DNA of 64,000 bases, taken from an uncultured bacterium. GTDB lineage: Bacteria; Acidobacteriota; HRBIN11; JAKEFK01. The notes under the pieces were generated by a model. That model did not search any database. It was not told the DNA's origin and saw only the letters and a program-made list of their open reading frames with translations. Below, piece by piece: positions 51,073 to 61,121 of the stretch. The stretch is from positions 960,001-1,024,000 of the forward strand of contig CAVZQN010000004.1 of the NCBI GenBank assembly GCA_963777505.1. The letters run 5' to 3'. Position 1 is the first letter of the stretch. Each line of letters begins with the position of its first letter. A program made the translations under genes and the position numbers.

Positions 51073-51811
51073 TGTCAGTCAGCGTATTCGTTGAGTGGTT
51101 CCACATCAAGACTGCTGGATTCCATGGATAATCCGATGAATCAGGAGTGTGAAAATCTTTAAACATGTTTCCTCGAATAATCCAGTTGTCGGCAGCGTGC
51201 GCGCTCACTCCATTTGTATAACCCACGCCTGCGCCATGATCCGTTGCAGGTGGTCCATTCGTATATTCGAGCCAGGAATATTCGATGATTCCATTATTCA
51301 CTCCAACACCGTTCGCTGCATCAGTAGGATTTGCCTTAATGAATTGCGATCCAGCATTCAACAGTTTGACGCTATACACGCGTGGTGATTGAGCGCCGCT
51401 ATTAAAAATGAGTGCGTTATCCCAGGTATCGCGGATTGTTAAATGAGCGATGGTTGTATTCGTTGAATTTGACCAGACACCATGAGGGACGTTGCCGAAG
51501 TTGGAATTATCCATTCCGTTGCCAACGAGAACCACATTATCGCATCCGGAATTTCCACGAATCGTCACATTGTTTTTGCCGTTCACATAAAGAGTGCTCG
51601 TAATGTCATATGTGCCGTTATCAAGAACGATCGTGTCGCCCGCCTGCAAATTTCCCATCGCGGTTTGAAGTTCCGCATTATTGGATACATTCACGATGCG
51701 CGTGCCTGTTAACGCAAGATCGGGCGCATTACACGCAGTTTGAGCGAAGGCAGAAATTGAGCTTCCGAAAATAAAGATAGGAATAGATAGAAGTCGTAAA
51801 ACGAGTCCCAT
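51056..51811 (-). CDS. Secreted right-handed beta-helix (pectin-lyase-like) protein, N-terminal part
   Basis: Signal peptide; AGDTIVL.NGTY, NVTIRG, LTIRD, IIRGN.F. Confidence 0.75.
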   Translation of the reverse strand: MGLVLRLLSIPIFIFGSSISAFAQTACNAPDLALTGTRIVNVSNNAELQTAMGNLQAGDTIVLDNGTYDITSTLYVNGKNNVTIRGNSGCDNVVLVGNGMDNSNFGNVPHGVWSNSTNTTIAHLTIRDTWDNALIFNSGAQSPRVYSVKLLNAGSQFIKANPTDAANGVGVNNGIIEYSWLEYTNGPPATDHGAGVGYTNGVSAHAADNWIIRGNMFKDFHTPDSSDYPWNPAVLMWNHSTNTLTDTQYIY

Positions 51812-52005
51812 GAGCCTAACCTCTTCTCTATGTTTTCCCTTATCATACACCAACTGAGCTAGGTGCTTATTTTAAGCGTTCTTAGTTTTTCTTGATGAAC
51901 GAGGCTTCCTTGTTCATGATAACTGCACCTATCAAAAAGGGATCCTGTTGCGTCGCCTGGAGGACTTGTGGCTGCATCCGCTGCGCTGACGTTCACCCTC
52001 AGGAT

Positions 52006-52464
52006 TTATTTAATGGGGGATTTCTGCTTTCCCATGGCTATCTGAGGCGGCTGGAATTGAGATTTGAATCGAATATCTTCCGCCAGTTTCGCTGCAGTTA
52101 GAGATGGATTCGCACCTTCTGATTGCACCCAAATTCCAACCGTATCTCCTTCTGGTGGAGGTTGAATGATCGCAATCACTCCCTTCGCCGAAAGATCGGG
52201 ACCTGTTGCTTTGACACCTTCGAAGGAATCTGGCATTGACATTATTCCTTGATGAATTTGGGAATCTTGGACCGTTTGAGGCACATTCAGTTGTTGGCCG
52301 AGTTTTAATTCTGCTCCTTCAAATAGATTATTCGTACATGCGAGATCGGACTCCGAAAGTCCTAGTTTTACCGCGATCGAGTTTAATGTCTCACCCTGCT
52401 GCACAGTGTAGACATCTAGTTGTTGGGATATTTGGGGTTGCCCCGAAGGGCCCATTATACGCAT
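52006..52464 (-). CDS. LysM domain protein
   Basis: RBS GGAGG; YTVQQGETLNSIA...L...N...LKLGQQLNVP; DSFE motif. Confidence 0.82.
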   Translation of the reverse strand: MRIMGPSGQPQISQQLDVYTVQQGETLNSIAVKLGLSESDLACTNNLFEGAELKLGQQLNVPQTVQDSQIHQGIMSMPDSFEGVKATGPDLSAKGVIAIIQPPPEGDTVGIWVQSEGANPSLTAAKLAEDIRFKSQFQPPQIAMGKQKSPIK

Positions 52465-52595
52465 TTGTTTGCCTCCTAAGTTTTTCGTTGAACCTTTTTG
52501 CGGTTCACTACTTAAAGAGGTAGAAGGAGAGGTGATATTGGTACACCTAAAAGTTGTCGTGCTTGATTTTTTGTTTTATAAGAGAAGTGGCGAAT

Positions 52596-53096
52596 TTAGT
52601 CGTCATCCCGTCTCACTGGTTCATCTGATGCAGAGGGCTCTTTCTCTTTCGCCGCTGCCTGATCTTCCAGTCCATTTGAGATTAGGTTCCCGACTATCTG
52701 TACAGCCGCTGCGACTACAGCAGTAATCGGTTGTTCGGGGGTTATTTCTTCCTTTTGCTTTTCCAAAAGTTCCCTTTGTTTCTCGGCTCCTTCCAGCGCC
52801 TCATCATTTGCATTGTTCGTTTTCATCTGTGAAGATGACCCAGGAAAATCGTAGTTTTCCAGATTATTTCCTTTGGTGTTCAATGAATGGTCTATTGCAC
52901 CTACAACCACGGAGCCGATCAGCGAGCCTCTATTAACATTGCTAAAAAGGCCGTTGTCTTTTTGTGGAGCCGTCTCAAAAGAATCTCGACTGCTTGCAAT
53001 CCCTGGGGTTGTGGGGCGAGGCTGTTCTGCCTGATCCTGTGTATTCACTTCAACGGATTCAATCGGGGTGTTGTTGTTACTTCGATTGATTTTCAT
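52596..53096 (-). CDS. Hypothetical low-complexity protein with DSFE motif
   Basis: MKINRS start, SSRDSFE, two hydrophobic helices. Confidence 0.65.
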   Translation of the reverse strand: MKINRSNNNTPIESVEVNTQDQAEQPRPTTPGIASSRDSFETAPQKDNGLFSNVNRGSLIGSVVVGAIDHSLNTKGNNLENYDFPGSSSQMKTNNANDEALEGAEKQRELLEKQKEEITPEQPITAVVAAAVQIVGNLISNGLEDQAAAKEKEPSASDEPVRRDDD

Positions 53097-53475
53097 ATTT
53101 ATTAGCTCCAGCCTGGTTTGAAGTCATCGATGCTATAGGAAGTCCGCTCAGGTTCTTTATTTGCGTTGTAAGAGCTCTCCTTCAAATTGATGAAGATGCT
53201 GAAACATAAACCATATTGGTAAGTGGCGAGCGTTCTGTTGCGGGAGGATTCGTTAGTATCGTTCGAGTAATATTCGACGGATCCTGGCTATTGGGCAGGT
53301 TTTTCTGTTTCAGGCGTTGCAGGGGAGAAAGTGAACATGTCCAAATTTGTAGTCAATTCTTTCGTATATTATTCAGGAATTGCTGTATTCTTAATTGCTG
53401 CCTTGTTGGTTATACGTAATTTTCGATCTAAAACCGCCAGGGTTCGGTGTTGAATTGGAGTCTATTGGAGGATTT

Positions 53476-54108
53476 ATGTTTCGCAAAGTCATCGTAGTGA
53501 CAACAGTCTTTTTGTTATTTCTTTCTGGTTATGCTTTTTCGACAAAGATTAAAGATACCTGGAAAGATCCGAATGCAACTGCGGAGAGCTTTCAGTTTAA
53601 GAAAGCACTTGTAGTCGTAATCATAAAGGATAAATTCATCCGCAAAGTTGCGGAAGACAAAGCAGTCAAAATCATAAAAGCGAACGGTAGGTCCGATGCA
53701 GCAGCTTCTTATGTTGTTTTTGGAGAGACAGAGGTAAAAGATAAAGAGCAGGCGAAGTCTCTCATTGAAGGGCAGGGATTTGATGCAGCGATTGTCATGA
53801 AGTCTACCGGTGCTGATGATGATGTAAGATATTACGAACAGACAGAGGGTCAGACATACCCCTACAATCAATTTTGGGGCTATTACAGCTATGGTTGGGG
53901 AGCGATTTACAATGCCACGGAAGATACTGACCTCCATGTATTTATTGAAACGCGGTTTTACTCACTGAAGGATGACAAATTAATTTGGGCCGGTGTGAGT
54001 GAAACCAAGAATCCGAAAAATCCTGCGAAGGTTGTTGCGGAGATTGCGGAAGAAACATCGAAATATCTTCAAAAGCAAGGATTAATTCCAAAGAAGTCAA
54101 TTGCGTGA
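53476..54108 (+). CDS. Secreted hypothetical protein (DUF4136-like)
   Basis: RBS GGAGG; signal peptide; Y/G-rich loop; ETRFYSL..DKLIWAG.SET. Confidence 0.7.
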   Translation: MFRKVIVVTTVFLLFLSGYAFSTKIKDTWKDPNATAESFQFKKALVVVIIKDKFIRKVAEDKAVKIIKANGRSDAAASYVVFGETEVKDKEQAKSLIEGQGFDAAIVMKSTGADDDVRYYEQTEGQTYPYNQFWGYYSYGWGAIYNATEDTDLHVFIETRFYSLKDDKLIWAGVSETKNPKNPAKVVAEIAEETSKYLQKQGLIPKKSIA

Positions 54109-54171
54109 ACGATTATTGTTCCTCCCCCTTGGATAAGGGGGAGGTTGCTTATCGAAGGGGGGAGAATCACT

Positions 54172-55068
54172 ATGAAGAGATTCCTGGTTGCTGTCTTGGG
54201 TTTGTTATCTTTCACAACTGCCTCCGCGCTGAATTTACCCGGCGCTCCTAATTGTCCGATGTTTCCCGACACGAATGTGTGGAATAAAGAAGTAGCGCAA
54301 CTTCCACTTAATCGAAATTCAGCCGCATTAATCCGGTCCATTGGTCTTTCTGAAGAACTGCATCCTGATTTCGGATCGAATTTGAGTTATGGAATTCCTT
54401 ATAACGTTGTTGGAAGCAACACTCAAAAAGTTAGAGTCAATTTTTATTACGATGATGAATCGGATGCAGGACCTTATCCAATTCCGCCAAATCCAAAAAA
54501 AGAAGCAGGCGGCGACCAGCACATTTTGATCGTGGATCGCGACGCGTGCAAGCTCTATGAAATTTACGATGCTAGTTTGGTGAATGGTAGATGGGAAGCG
54601 GGTGCTGGAGCTATTTGGAATTTGCGATCAAATTTGTTACGGCCAAATAATTGGACAAGCGCCGATGCTGCAGGATTACCGATTCTGCCGGGTCTGGTGC
54701 GATTTGATGAGGCTTCGCGCGGCTTGATCAATCATGCAATCCGTTTTACAGCACCACGAACTCGAAACGCACATATCTTCCCGGCCCGTCATCATGCAGG
54801 TTCTTCAAACGACTCTTCACTCCCACCGATGGGACTTCGAGTTCGGTTGAAGGCTTCATACAATATCAATTCCTTTTCACCGAGAAACCGCGTCATTCTG
54901 ACTGCGCTTAAACGCTACGGTATGATTCTCGCAGACAACGGAAGTCCATGGTTTATCAGCGGAGTATCTGACAGACGTTGGAATGCTGAGGATTTGAACC
55001 AGCTAAAAAGGATCAAAGGCAGCGCATTTGAAGCCGTTGATACATCCAGCCTACGCAACGGCCAGTAA
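54172..55068 (+). CDS. Conserved secreted hypothetical protein
   Basis: Signal peptide; YGIP, ESD.GPYP, GDQH, WTSADAAGLP, HAIRFT, YG.ILADNG. Confidence 0.8.
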   Translation: MKRFLVAVLGLLSFTTASALNLPGAPNCPMFPDTNVWNKEVAQLPLNRNSAALIRSIGLSEELHPDFGSNLSYGIPYNVVGSNTQKVRVNFYYDDESDAGPYPIPPNPKKEAGGDQHILIVDRDACKLYEIYDASLVNGRWEAGAGAIWNLRSNLLRPNNWTSADAAGLPILPGLVRFDEASRGLINHAIRFTAPRTRNAHIFPARHHAGSSNDSSLPPMGLRVRLKASYNINSFSPRNRVILTALKRYGMILADNGSPWFISGVSDRRWNAEDLNQLKRIKGSAFEAVDTSSLRNGQ

Positions 55069-55079
55069 CGCCAGTCCTG

Positions 55080-56003
55080 CTAATCTTTCGTAATAATCGA
55101 AAAGCCATCAAAAAGATACGTGCGATTTTCTTCATCATGTTTATATATGGCACTTCTATCTTGAATCGCAACAAAAGCTTTATCCAATTTTTCCAGGTAT
55201 GTTGATGGTAGAAGGGTTTCGTTATGACCTACCAGCAAATATTCTATGGAGCCCATCATACTGTGAAGCTTCGCCGCAGTTTTCGAATAGAGCTCGAAAT
55301 CTGATCCTGGAACATGTGTATAGAGCGGCGCAGGATAAAATGTATCGCCTGTAAACAAAAGCCGGTTTTTTCGATCTAAAAGGCAAAGCGAATCCGGCGA
55401 ATGTCCGGGAGTCAAAATCACTTCAAGCACTCTGTCTCCCAGATCAATTTTTGATCCGTTCTGAATGAACTTGGTGATTTTGAAAGGCTTGCTTGTAAAT
55501 TCATTAGCAGAAAATTCTTTTGGTGTCTCTTTCCAAATTGAACCTTCACTTACAAATTCTTTCATCTCGTCATTAGTTTTTCCTCTAGAATTAGAACGCG
55601 AAAATTCTGAATCAACACCATAAACTTCCTTGAACTGATAATTTCCACCAACATGATCGTAGTGCGTATGTGAATTGATCACGACCGGTTCCGAATTCGC
55701 AATTTCCACGACTAGCTTCCTCATGTTTCCGATGCCAAGACCTGAATCAAATAAAAGACATTTTTTTGACCCAACGATCAGGTATGAAATCACTTCTTCC
55801 CACTGACCCGATTCGTAAATTGCAAATATGCCAGGCCGGATTTCATAAACCTCGAACCAATTTTGACTTTGCGGAATTTTCTTGAATCGACTCCATGAAG
55901 GTCTTGGAAGCTTTTCCCACCATGTTTCCTGAGCTTCAACCAAACACGTACACAGGAAAAATAAAAGCAATGTTTTGAGAATGTGATTCAGGAGGGAGTG
56001 CAT
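55080..56003 (-). CDS. MBL-fold metallo-hydrolase
   Basis: HTHYDH, TPGHS, GDT, GH; signal peptide. Confidence 0.9.
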   Translation of the reverse strand: MHSLLNHILKTLLLFFLCTCLVEAQETWWEKLPRPSWSRFKKIPQSQNWFEVYEIRPGIFAIYESGQWEEVISYLIVGSKKCLLFDSGLGIGNMRKLVVEIANSEPVVINSHTHYDHVGGNYQFKEVYGVDSEFSRSNSRGKTNDEMKEFVSEGSIWKETPKEFSANEFTSKPFKITKFIQNGSKIDLGDRVLEVILTPGHSPDSLCLLDRKNRLLFTGDTFYPAPLYTHVPGSDFELYSKTAAKLHSMMGSIEYLLVGHNETLLPSTYLEKLDKAFVAIQDRSAIYKHDEENRTYLFDGFSIITKD

Positions 56004-56036
56004 AGGAGAATAATAACGGATTAATGGATAAATGGA

Positions 56037-57101
56037 TTACGTGGGCAATTTTTCTGGCGGTGGAAAACCATGTTGTTCGCGGCCAGGTGGTCCATCAAAT
56101 CTTTTGGAGGTTTTATAAAGTTCATATCTGCCGTCAAACGCATACTGTGCACATTTCTGGCGAATTGCAGCCATTTCTTGAGCTTGCAGCGGTTTGAATG
56201 CCCGGGCGATGGCAAGATTTTGGTTAAAGACCCCGACCGAATCAATGCCGCTCACAAGAGTTGCAATTGGAAGGCTCATTACATAACCCAAAGCTTCTTC
56301 CACTGTCACAATACCCTGTTTTACAGCTTCTCCAGTTCCACCAAGACTCTTCATTCCTATCGCAGCAATTCCACGGCGATTCAATTCCGGCAATACTTTT
56401 TGCTCAAAGCTTCTGAATGATGCATCGAAAACTCCGAGCGGAAGTTGGCAAGCATCAAAAGGAAAATCATGCGACAACATTTTCAAATGGATTGCGGGAT
56501 CTTTATGACCAGTAAACCCGATAAACTTCACCTTACCCTGTTTCTTCGCTTCTTCAAGAGCTTCAATTGCACCACCTGAAGCAAAATGAAGATCAGGATC
56601 GTTGTCATATACAACTTCATGAATTTGCCACAAATCAAGATAATCAGTTTGGAGCCGCTTTAATGATTGCTCAAGCTGTTGCATTGCAACATCTTTCTTG
56701 CGCCCATGCGAGCAAACTTTAGTCATTAAGAATGCTTTATCGCGCCGTCCTTTCAGCGCCTTGCCCATCCATTCTTCGCTGCGACCATCATGATATTCCC
56801 ACGCGTTATCCATAAAGTTGATGCCCGCATCCAGGGCTTCATGCACGATCCGGATTGCCTCTGATTCAAGTTTTACTTCCCCCAGTGTGTAACCACCAAT
56901 CCCGATAATTGAAACCTGTATTCCAGTACGGCCAAAAGGTCTGCGAGGAACTTCGTTATCCATTTTCTGTCCTGTCGCCTCTTTAAATGTTGAATTTATT
57001 ATGCCTGCGCCGGCTCCAATGATCGCAGCATTTTTCAAAAATTTTCGCCGGCCTGCATCAAATTCGGAATTATCTGCGCTCAAATATTTTTTTAACCTCA
57101 A
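56037..57101 (-). CDS. Aldo/keto reductase with Tat signal
   Basis: GRRKFLK; DNAWEY, TK, LQTDYLDLWQIH. Confidence 0.92.
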   Translation of the reverse strand: MRLKKYLSADNSEFDAGRRKFLKNAAIIGAGAGIINSTFKEATGQKMDNEVPRRPFGRTGIQVSIIGIGGYTLGEVKLESEAIRIVHEALDAGINFMDNAWEYHDGRSEEWMGKALKGRRDKAFLMTKVCSHGRKKDVAMQQLEQSLKRLQTDYLDLWQIHEVVYDNDPDLHFASGGAIEALEEAKKQGKVKFIGFTGHKDPAIHLKMLSHDFPFDACQLPLGVFDASFRSFEQKVLPELNRRGIAAIGMKSLGGTGEAVKQGIVTVEEALGYVMSLPIATLVSGIDSVGVFNQNLAIARAFKPLQAQEMAAIRQKCAQYAFDGRYELYKTSKRFDGPPGREQHGFPPPEKLPT

Positions 57102-57191
57102 TACGACTCGAAATCTATTCCTGATTGTTGAATTAACAAGCTATAGTGCTTGTGATACATTACCGTAGTTCCGCGCAACCGGAGGCGCTTC

Positions 57192-58358
57192 ATGATAACG
57201 AAATTCGTCTATTTTCTTGTTTTGATTCTCTTCGCATCGATGAACATCTTTGCGAACGCTGATGAGGAGGAGATGAATCGCGATCTGAAAAAGCTCATTG
57301 ATAAATCTGTGAAGGATTTGAAGCATCGTGATCCTGAACGCCGTGGTGAAGCGGCTGAAACTTTAGGGAAATTGAAGTATGAACCTGCAGTTCCCGGGCT
57401 TGCGGAAGCGTTGAACGATAAGGATGAATGGGTACGTGTGCGGGCAGCTTCCGCTTTGTGGGAAATTGGCGAAGCTTCTTCTTCAGCAATACCTTCCTTA
57501 TATAAAGCACTTGAGGATCCAAGCGGGCGAGTCCGGCTTTTTGCAGCAGGCGCTCTCCGGATGCTCGATCAAGATGAACAAAAATTAATTCCGCCATTGC
57601 AAGAAGTATTGAGAAGTGCAAATGTCTGGAACCGTGCGTATGCCATCGTTCAACTTATGGAGATGAATGTTTCAGTGGAAGAACTTTTACCGCCGATCAA
57701 TTCAATCCTTCTCGATCCAGAGCATCGAACGCCTGAATCGTACGATTTCGACCTATTTTCTATGAAATTCGAAGCTGTCAATTCAGATCCGAATGTTGAT
57801 GCAAAACGGATGCTATTGGAAGGGCTGGAAGATCAAGAAGTTCTACCACAGGGAATTGTCCCGGCACTTGAGTTTGCCAAAAAGGATCTGGATAGTTCGG
57901 TTCGAAGTGGTGCGATCGATTGTTTAACAAAAGTCAGTGAATCAGATGATAACAAAATAGCAAGATTAATCAGCACTTTAAAAACTGCAAAGGGATACGA
58001 TCGTGTAACAGCAATGAGATTGATTGGGGATATGGAGCCTGTACCACGTGAAGCAGTTCCAGAATTGATTTCTGCCGCCCGCGACAAGGATACTGATATA
58101 CGCGTGGCTGCCGCTGATTGTCTTGGCAAAACGAAACCTGTAAGCCTTGAAACAATTCAGGTGCTGATCACACTTTTAAAAGATAAAAAAACTGAGGTAC
58201 GTCAAGCGTCCGCTGACGCTTTTGAAGAAATTGGAGCAGACGGAAAGGAAGCGATTCCATCCTTGTGGCAAGTCGCAAATGGGGATAAAGATACGTTTGT
58301 AAGAAACGCCGCTAAAAGAGCTCTTGGCAAAATGGGTGAAAAAATCACATGGGAATGA
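57192..58358 (+). CDS. Secreted HEAT-repeat protein
   Basis: Signal peptide; VR..AA.AL..IG repeats. Confidence 0.85.
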   Translation: MITKFVYFLVLILFASMNIFANADEEEMNRDLKKLIDKSVKDLKHRDPERRGEAAETLGKLKYEPAVPGLAEALNDKDEWVRVRAASALWEIGEASSSAIPSLYKALEDPSGRVRLFAAGALRMLDQDEQKLIPPLQEVLRSANVWNRAYAIVQLMEMNVSVEELLPPINSILLDPEHRTPESYDFDLFSMKFEAVNSDPNVDAKRMLLEGLEDQEVLPQGIVPALEFAKKDLDSSVRSGAIDCLTKVSESDDNKIARLISTLKTAKGYDRVTAMRLIGDMEPVPREAVPELISAARDKDTDIRVAAADCLGKTKPVSLETIQVLITLLKDKKTEVRQASADAFEEIGADGKEAIPSLWQVANGDKDTFVRNAAKRALGKMGEKITWE

Positions 58359-58371
58359 TTAGCAGCATTTA

Positions 58372-58563
58372 AGATTTCAGATGCTAGATTTTAGATTGAA
58401 ATTTTTGATTTTAGATTTATGGAAATGATAGGCAAGGTAAGAATTTTCTTAACCTTTGAGGCTCTGCCAAAACTTTACAGAAACTTTAAACTTAGCAGGA
58501 AGAAATTTCAATCAAAAATGATTCAATTTCGATCTGAAATCTAGGATCTGAAATCTGAAATCT
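58372..58563. repeat. Inverted heptamer arrays (AGATTTC/T)n ... (AATCTGA)n
   Basis: agatttc agatgct agatttt agattg ... gatctga aatctag gatctga aatctga aatct. Confidence 0.7.
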
Positions 58564-58569
58564 CTTAAT

Positions 58570-61095
58570 ATGATAGGTAAGACACTCGGCCGTTATCTAA
58601 TATCAGAAAAACTTGGCGCTGGTGGGATGGGTGAAGTGTATCGTGCATATGATGAGCGCCTGGAAAGGGATGTCGCAATCAAAGTGCTTCATGCTCATAC
58701 TCTGGAAGAAGAAACGAGCCGGAAGCGTTTTCGCAAAGAAGCTCTAACACTTTCGAAATTAAATCATCCAAATATCGCTACCATTCTGGATTTTGATACG
58801 GATGAAGAAGTGGATTTTCTGGTGATGGAATACATCGTTGGAACCACGATGTCTGCAAAACTTGAAAAAGGGCGTTTGCAAGAAAAAGAAATTGTACCCT
58901 ACGCTCTTCAAATTGCTACGGCAATGGAGGAAGCACATTCGGCTGGAATCGTGCACCGGGATTTGAAGCCAAGCAATATTGTAGTAACTCCTAAAGGAGC
59001 GATCAAAGTCTTGGATTTCGGTCTTGCTAAATTAGTACAGCCTGTCACACATGAAGCCGTTACGAAAGCAACTACCGAAACCAATCTCATTGTCGGCACA
59101 TTGCCTTACATGTCACCTGAGCAATTGTTGAGCGAACCTCTGGATTTGCGAACGGATATTTATTCTTTTGGTGTTTTGCTTTATGAAATGTCTACAGGAC
59201 AACTTCCGCACCAGGGAACTCAACCCATCTCTCTTGCTGATGCGATATTGCATAAAATTCCCGCGCCACCGGGTCAAATTCGCGCTGAATTATCTCCTCG
59301 TTTTCAGGAAATTATTCTGAAGTGCATCGAAAAAGAAGCTGCGAATCGTTATCAGTCTGCAAAGGAATTGTTGGTGGATCTTAGACGACTGATAACGCCA
59401 TCCATGACAACTGCCTATGAATCCGATTCTTTTAGACAAAAATCTCAGAAACCAAATTCTCGCAGGCTTGCAATCTATGGCGCCATTGTACTGGCGGTCG
59501 TGTTGGGACTTCTGGCTGCATGGAATTTCAGAAAGCAACAAAGCACGGTCATCACTCAGCAGCCCCCAAATCAAATTCATTCAATCGTTGCTTTGCCCTG
59601 CAAGGTTTATGGATCAAGCGAAAATTTATTTCTTGCAGACGCAATTCCAAATGCGCTTTCAACTCATTTAACTCAAGTTGAAGGCATGGAAACAAAGGTT
59701 CCGCCAACGAGTCTTGATGTTGAACGGGTTGGTGGTGATTTAAAGAAAATTGCAGAAGTTTACGGCGTGAATGCATTGGTTTCTTCATCAGTATCCGTTG
59801 AAAAAGATAAGTTCACGCTGAATGTGCAACTCGTTGATGCAAACAACAGGAATCTCATTTGGAGCCATGAGTATGAGGGGCAGCGTCAAAATTATCTTGA
59901 GTTAGTACGAAAAGCTTCTGATGGACTTCGAACGGCATTGCGTCCAGATGGACGTCCGATTCAACAAGAGCCTGCCGCTGTAGGTGGCACGGAGGCTGAA
60001 CTCGTATATCAAAGTGGCTTTTACCATTTACGTGCATTTGCAAATCGAAAAGACCCTCAAGAATTTGATCGCGCGTTAACGGATCTTCAACATGCTTTGA
60101 AGCTCGATCCAACAAATGCGCGTGCGGCGGCTGCCATCGCGAGAGTTCACAGTGCACGAATTGAATTAGGTGCACCCCTTCGCGAAGTTCTTCCGAAAAT
60201 TGATGAGTGGGCCTACAAAGCTCTGGAACTTGATTATGCATGCGGCGAAGCCTGGCAAATTTTAAGCGTGGCGGAGGAATGGCGTCCAGGCGGAGATAAA
60301 CGCAAACGGTTGGAATATGCATTAAAGGCTGCAACATACGCCAATCACTCCGGATACAGTCATCATGTTCTTGCGTCAGCACTCGCTCCAACATCATTTG
60401 AATTGTCGCTTCGTGCTTCACAAGAAGGTCTTCATCAAGAACCGTTGTATTTAAATGGACTGCTTTTTTCAGCAGGAATTCTATCGAGAGAGGGACAATC
60501 GAAAGAAGCGCTTGAACGGATCGATCGCGTTTTGAATGCCGAACCGGAAATGCCTGTCGCTCATTTAATGAAAACCTTATTGCTTCTGCGTGATCATCAA
60601 TTTCAAGAAGCTGAAAAGAGAATGCCAGTGTTGGATCGGTTGGTAGCAGAACACAAACTTCATCCCGGTTGGGTTACATTTGGACGCGATTGGCTTGATT
60701 TTGAATCTGGTATCGGTGAAGGCAAAAAGGATAAAGCTTCCGCAGCTCTTACACGGCTTGTAAGTCAGATGCGAGGTGAAGCGCCACCTTTCCCGCGTTG
60801 GGAACTGGTTACAGGAAATGTTTTGCCTTTGCAAGCGAAGAATGATTCTGTGGATTCAACACTTGAGACTCTTTCGATTCGCGCGGCAAAAGGAATTGTC
60901 GAACCTTACGATTGGCTTTTGCTAAATCCTGAAATGGAACTGGTGCGAAAAGATGCACGGTTCAAAGAATTAGTCTCACGCTCACAATCGGAATTTCAAG
61001 ACATGATACAAGTTCTTCAAGAAGCACGAACTCGAAAAGAATTGCCATCCTATTTAGAAAAGCCCCTTTCAGAAGTCCAAAACCTGAAAAATTAA
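58570..61095 (+). CDS. Ser/Thr kinase with TM, TolB-like and TPR domains
   Basis: GAGGMG, HRDLKPSN, DFG, GTLPYMSPE; TM; SIVALP...; TPR-like helices. Confidence 0.93.
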   Translation: MIGKTLGRYLISEKLGAGGMGEVYRAYDERLERDVAIKVLHAHTLEEETSRKRFRKEALTLSKLNHPNIATILDFDTDEEVDFLVMEYIVGTTMSAKLEKGRLQEKEIVPYALQIATAMEEAHSAGIVHRDLKPSNIVVTPKGAIKVLDFGLAKLVQPVTHEAVTKATTETNLIVGTLPYMSPEQLLSEPLDLRTDIYSFGVLLYEMSTGQLPHQGTQPISLADAILHKIPAPPGQIRAELSPRFQEIILKCIEKEAANRYQSAKELLVDLRRLITPSMTTAYESDSFRQKSQKPNSRRLAIYGAIVLAVVLGLLAAWNFRKQQSTVITQQPPNQIHSIVALPCKVYGSSENLFLADAIPNALSTHLTQVEGMETKVPPTSLDVERVGGDLKKIAEVYGVNALVSSSVSVEKDKFTLNVQLVDANNRNLIWSHEYEGQRQNYLELVRKASDGLRTALRPDGRPIQQEPAAVGGTEAELVYQSGFYHLRAFANRKDPQEFDRALTDLQHALKLDPTNARAAAAIARVHSARIELGAPLREVLPKIDEWAYKALELDYACGEAWQILSVAEEWRPGGDKRKRLEYALKAATYANHSGYSHHVLASALAPTSFELSLRASQEGLHQEPLYLNGLLFSAGILSREGQSKEALERIDRVLNAEPEMPVAHLMKTLLLLRDHQFQEAEKRMPVLDRLVAEHKLHPGWVTFGRDWLDFESGIGEGKKDKASAALTRLVSQMRGEAPPFPRWELVTGNVLPLQAKNDSVDSTLETLSIRAAKGIVEPYDWLLLNPEMELVRKDARFKELVSRSQSEFQDMIQVLQEARTRKELPSYLEKPLSEVQNLKN

Positions 61096-61121
61096 TTCTG
61101 CGTCTTTGCGGTGAATCCTTT

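Noticed and set aside
53100-53420. Small ORFs in the 53.1-53.4 kb intergenic region
   Set aside because: No convincing start, RBS or recognisable sequence on either strand.
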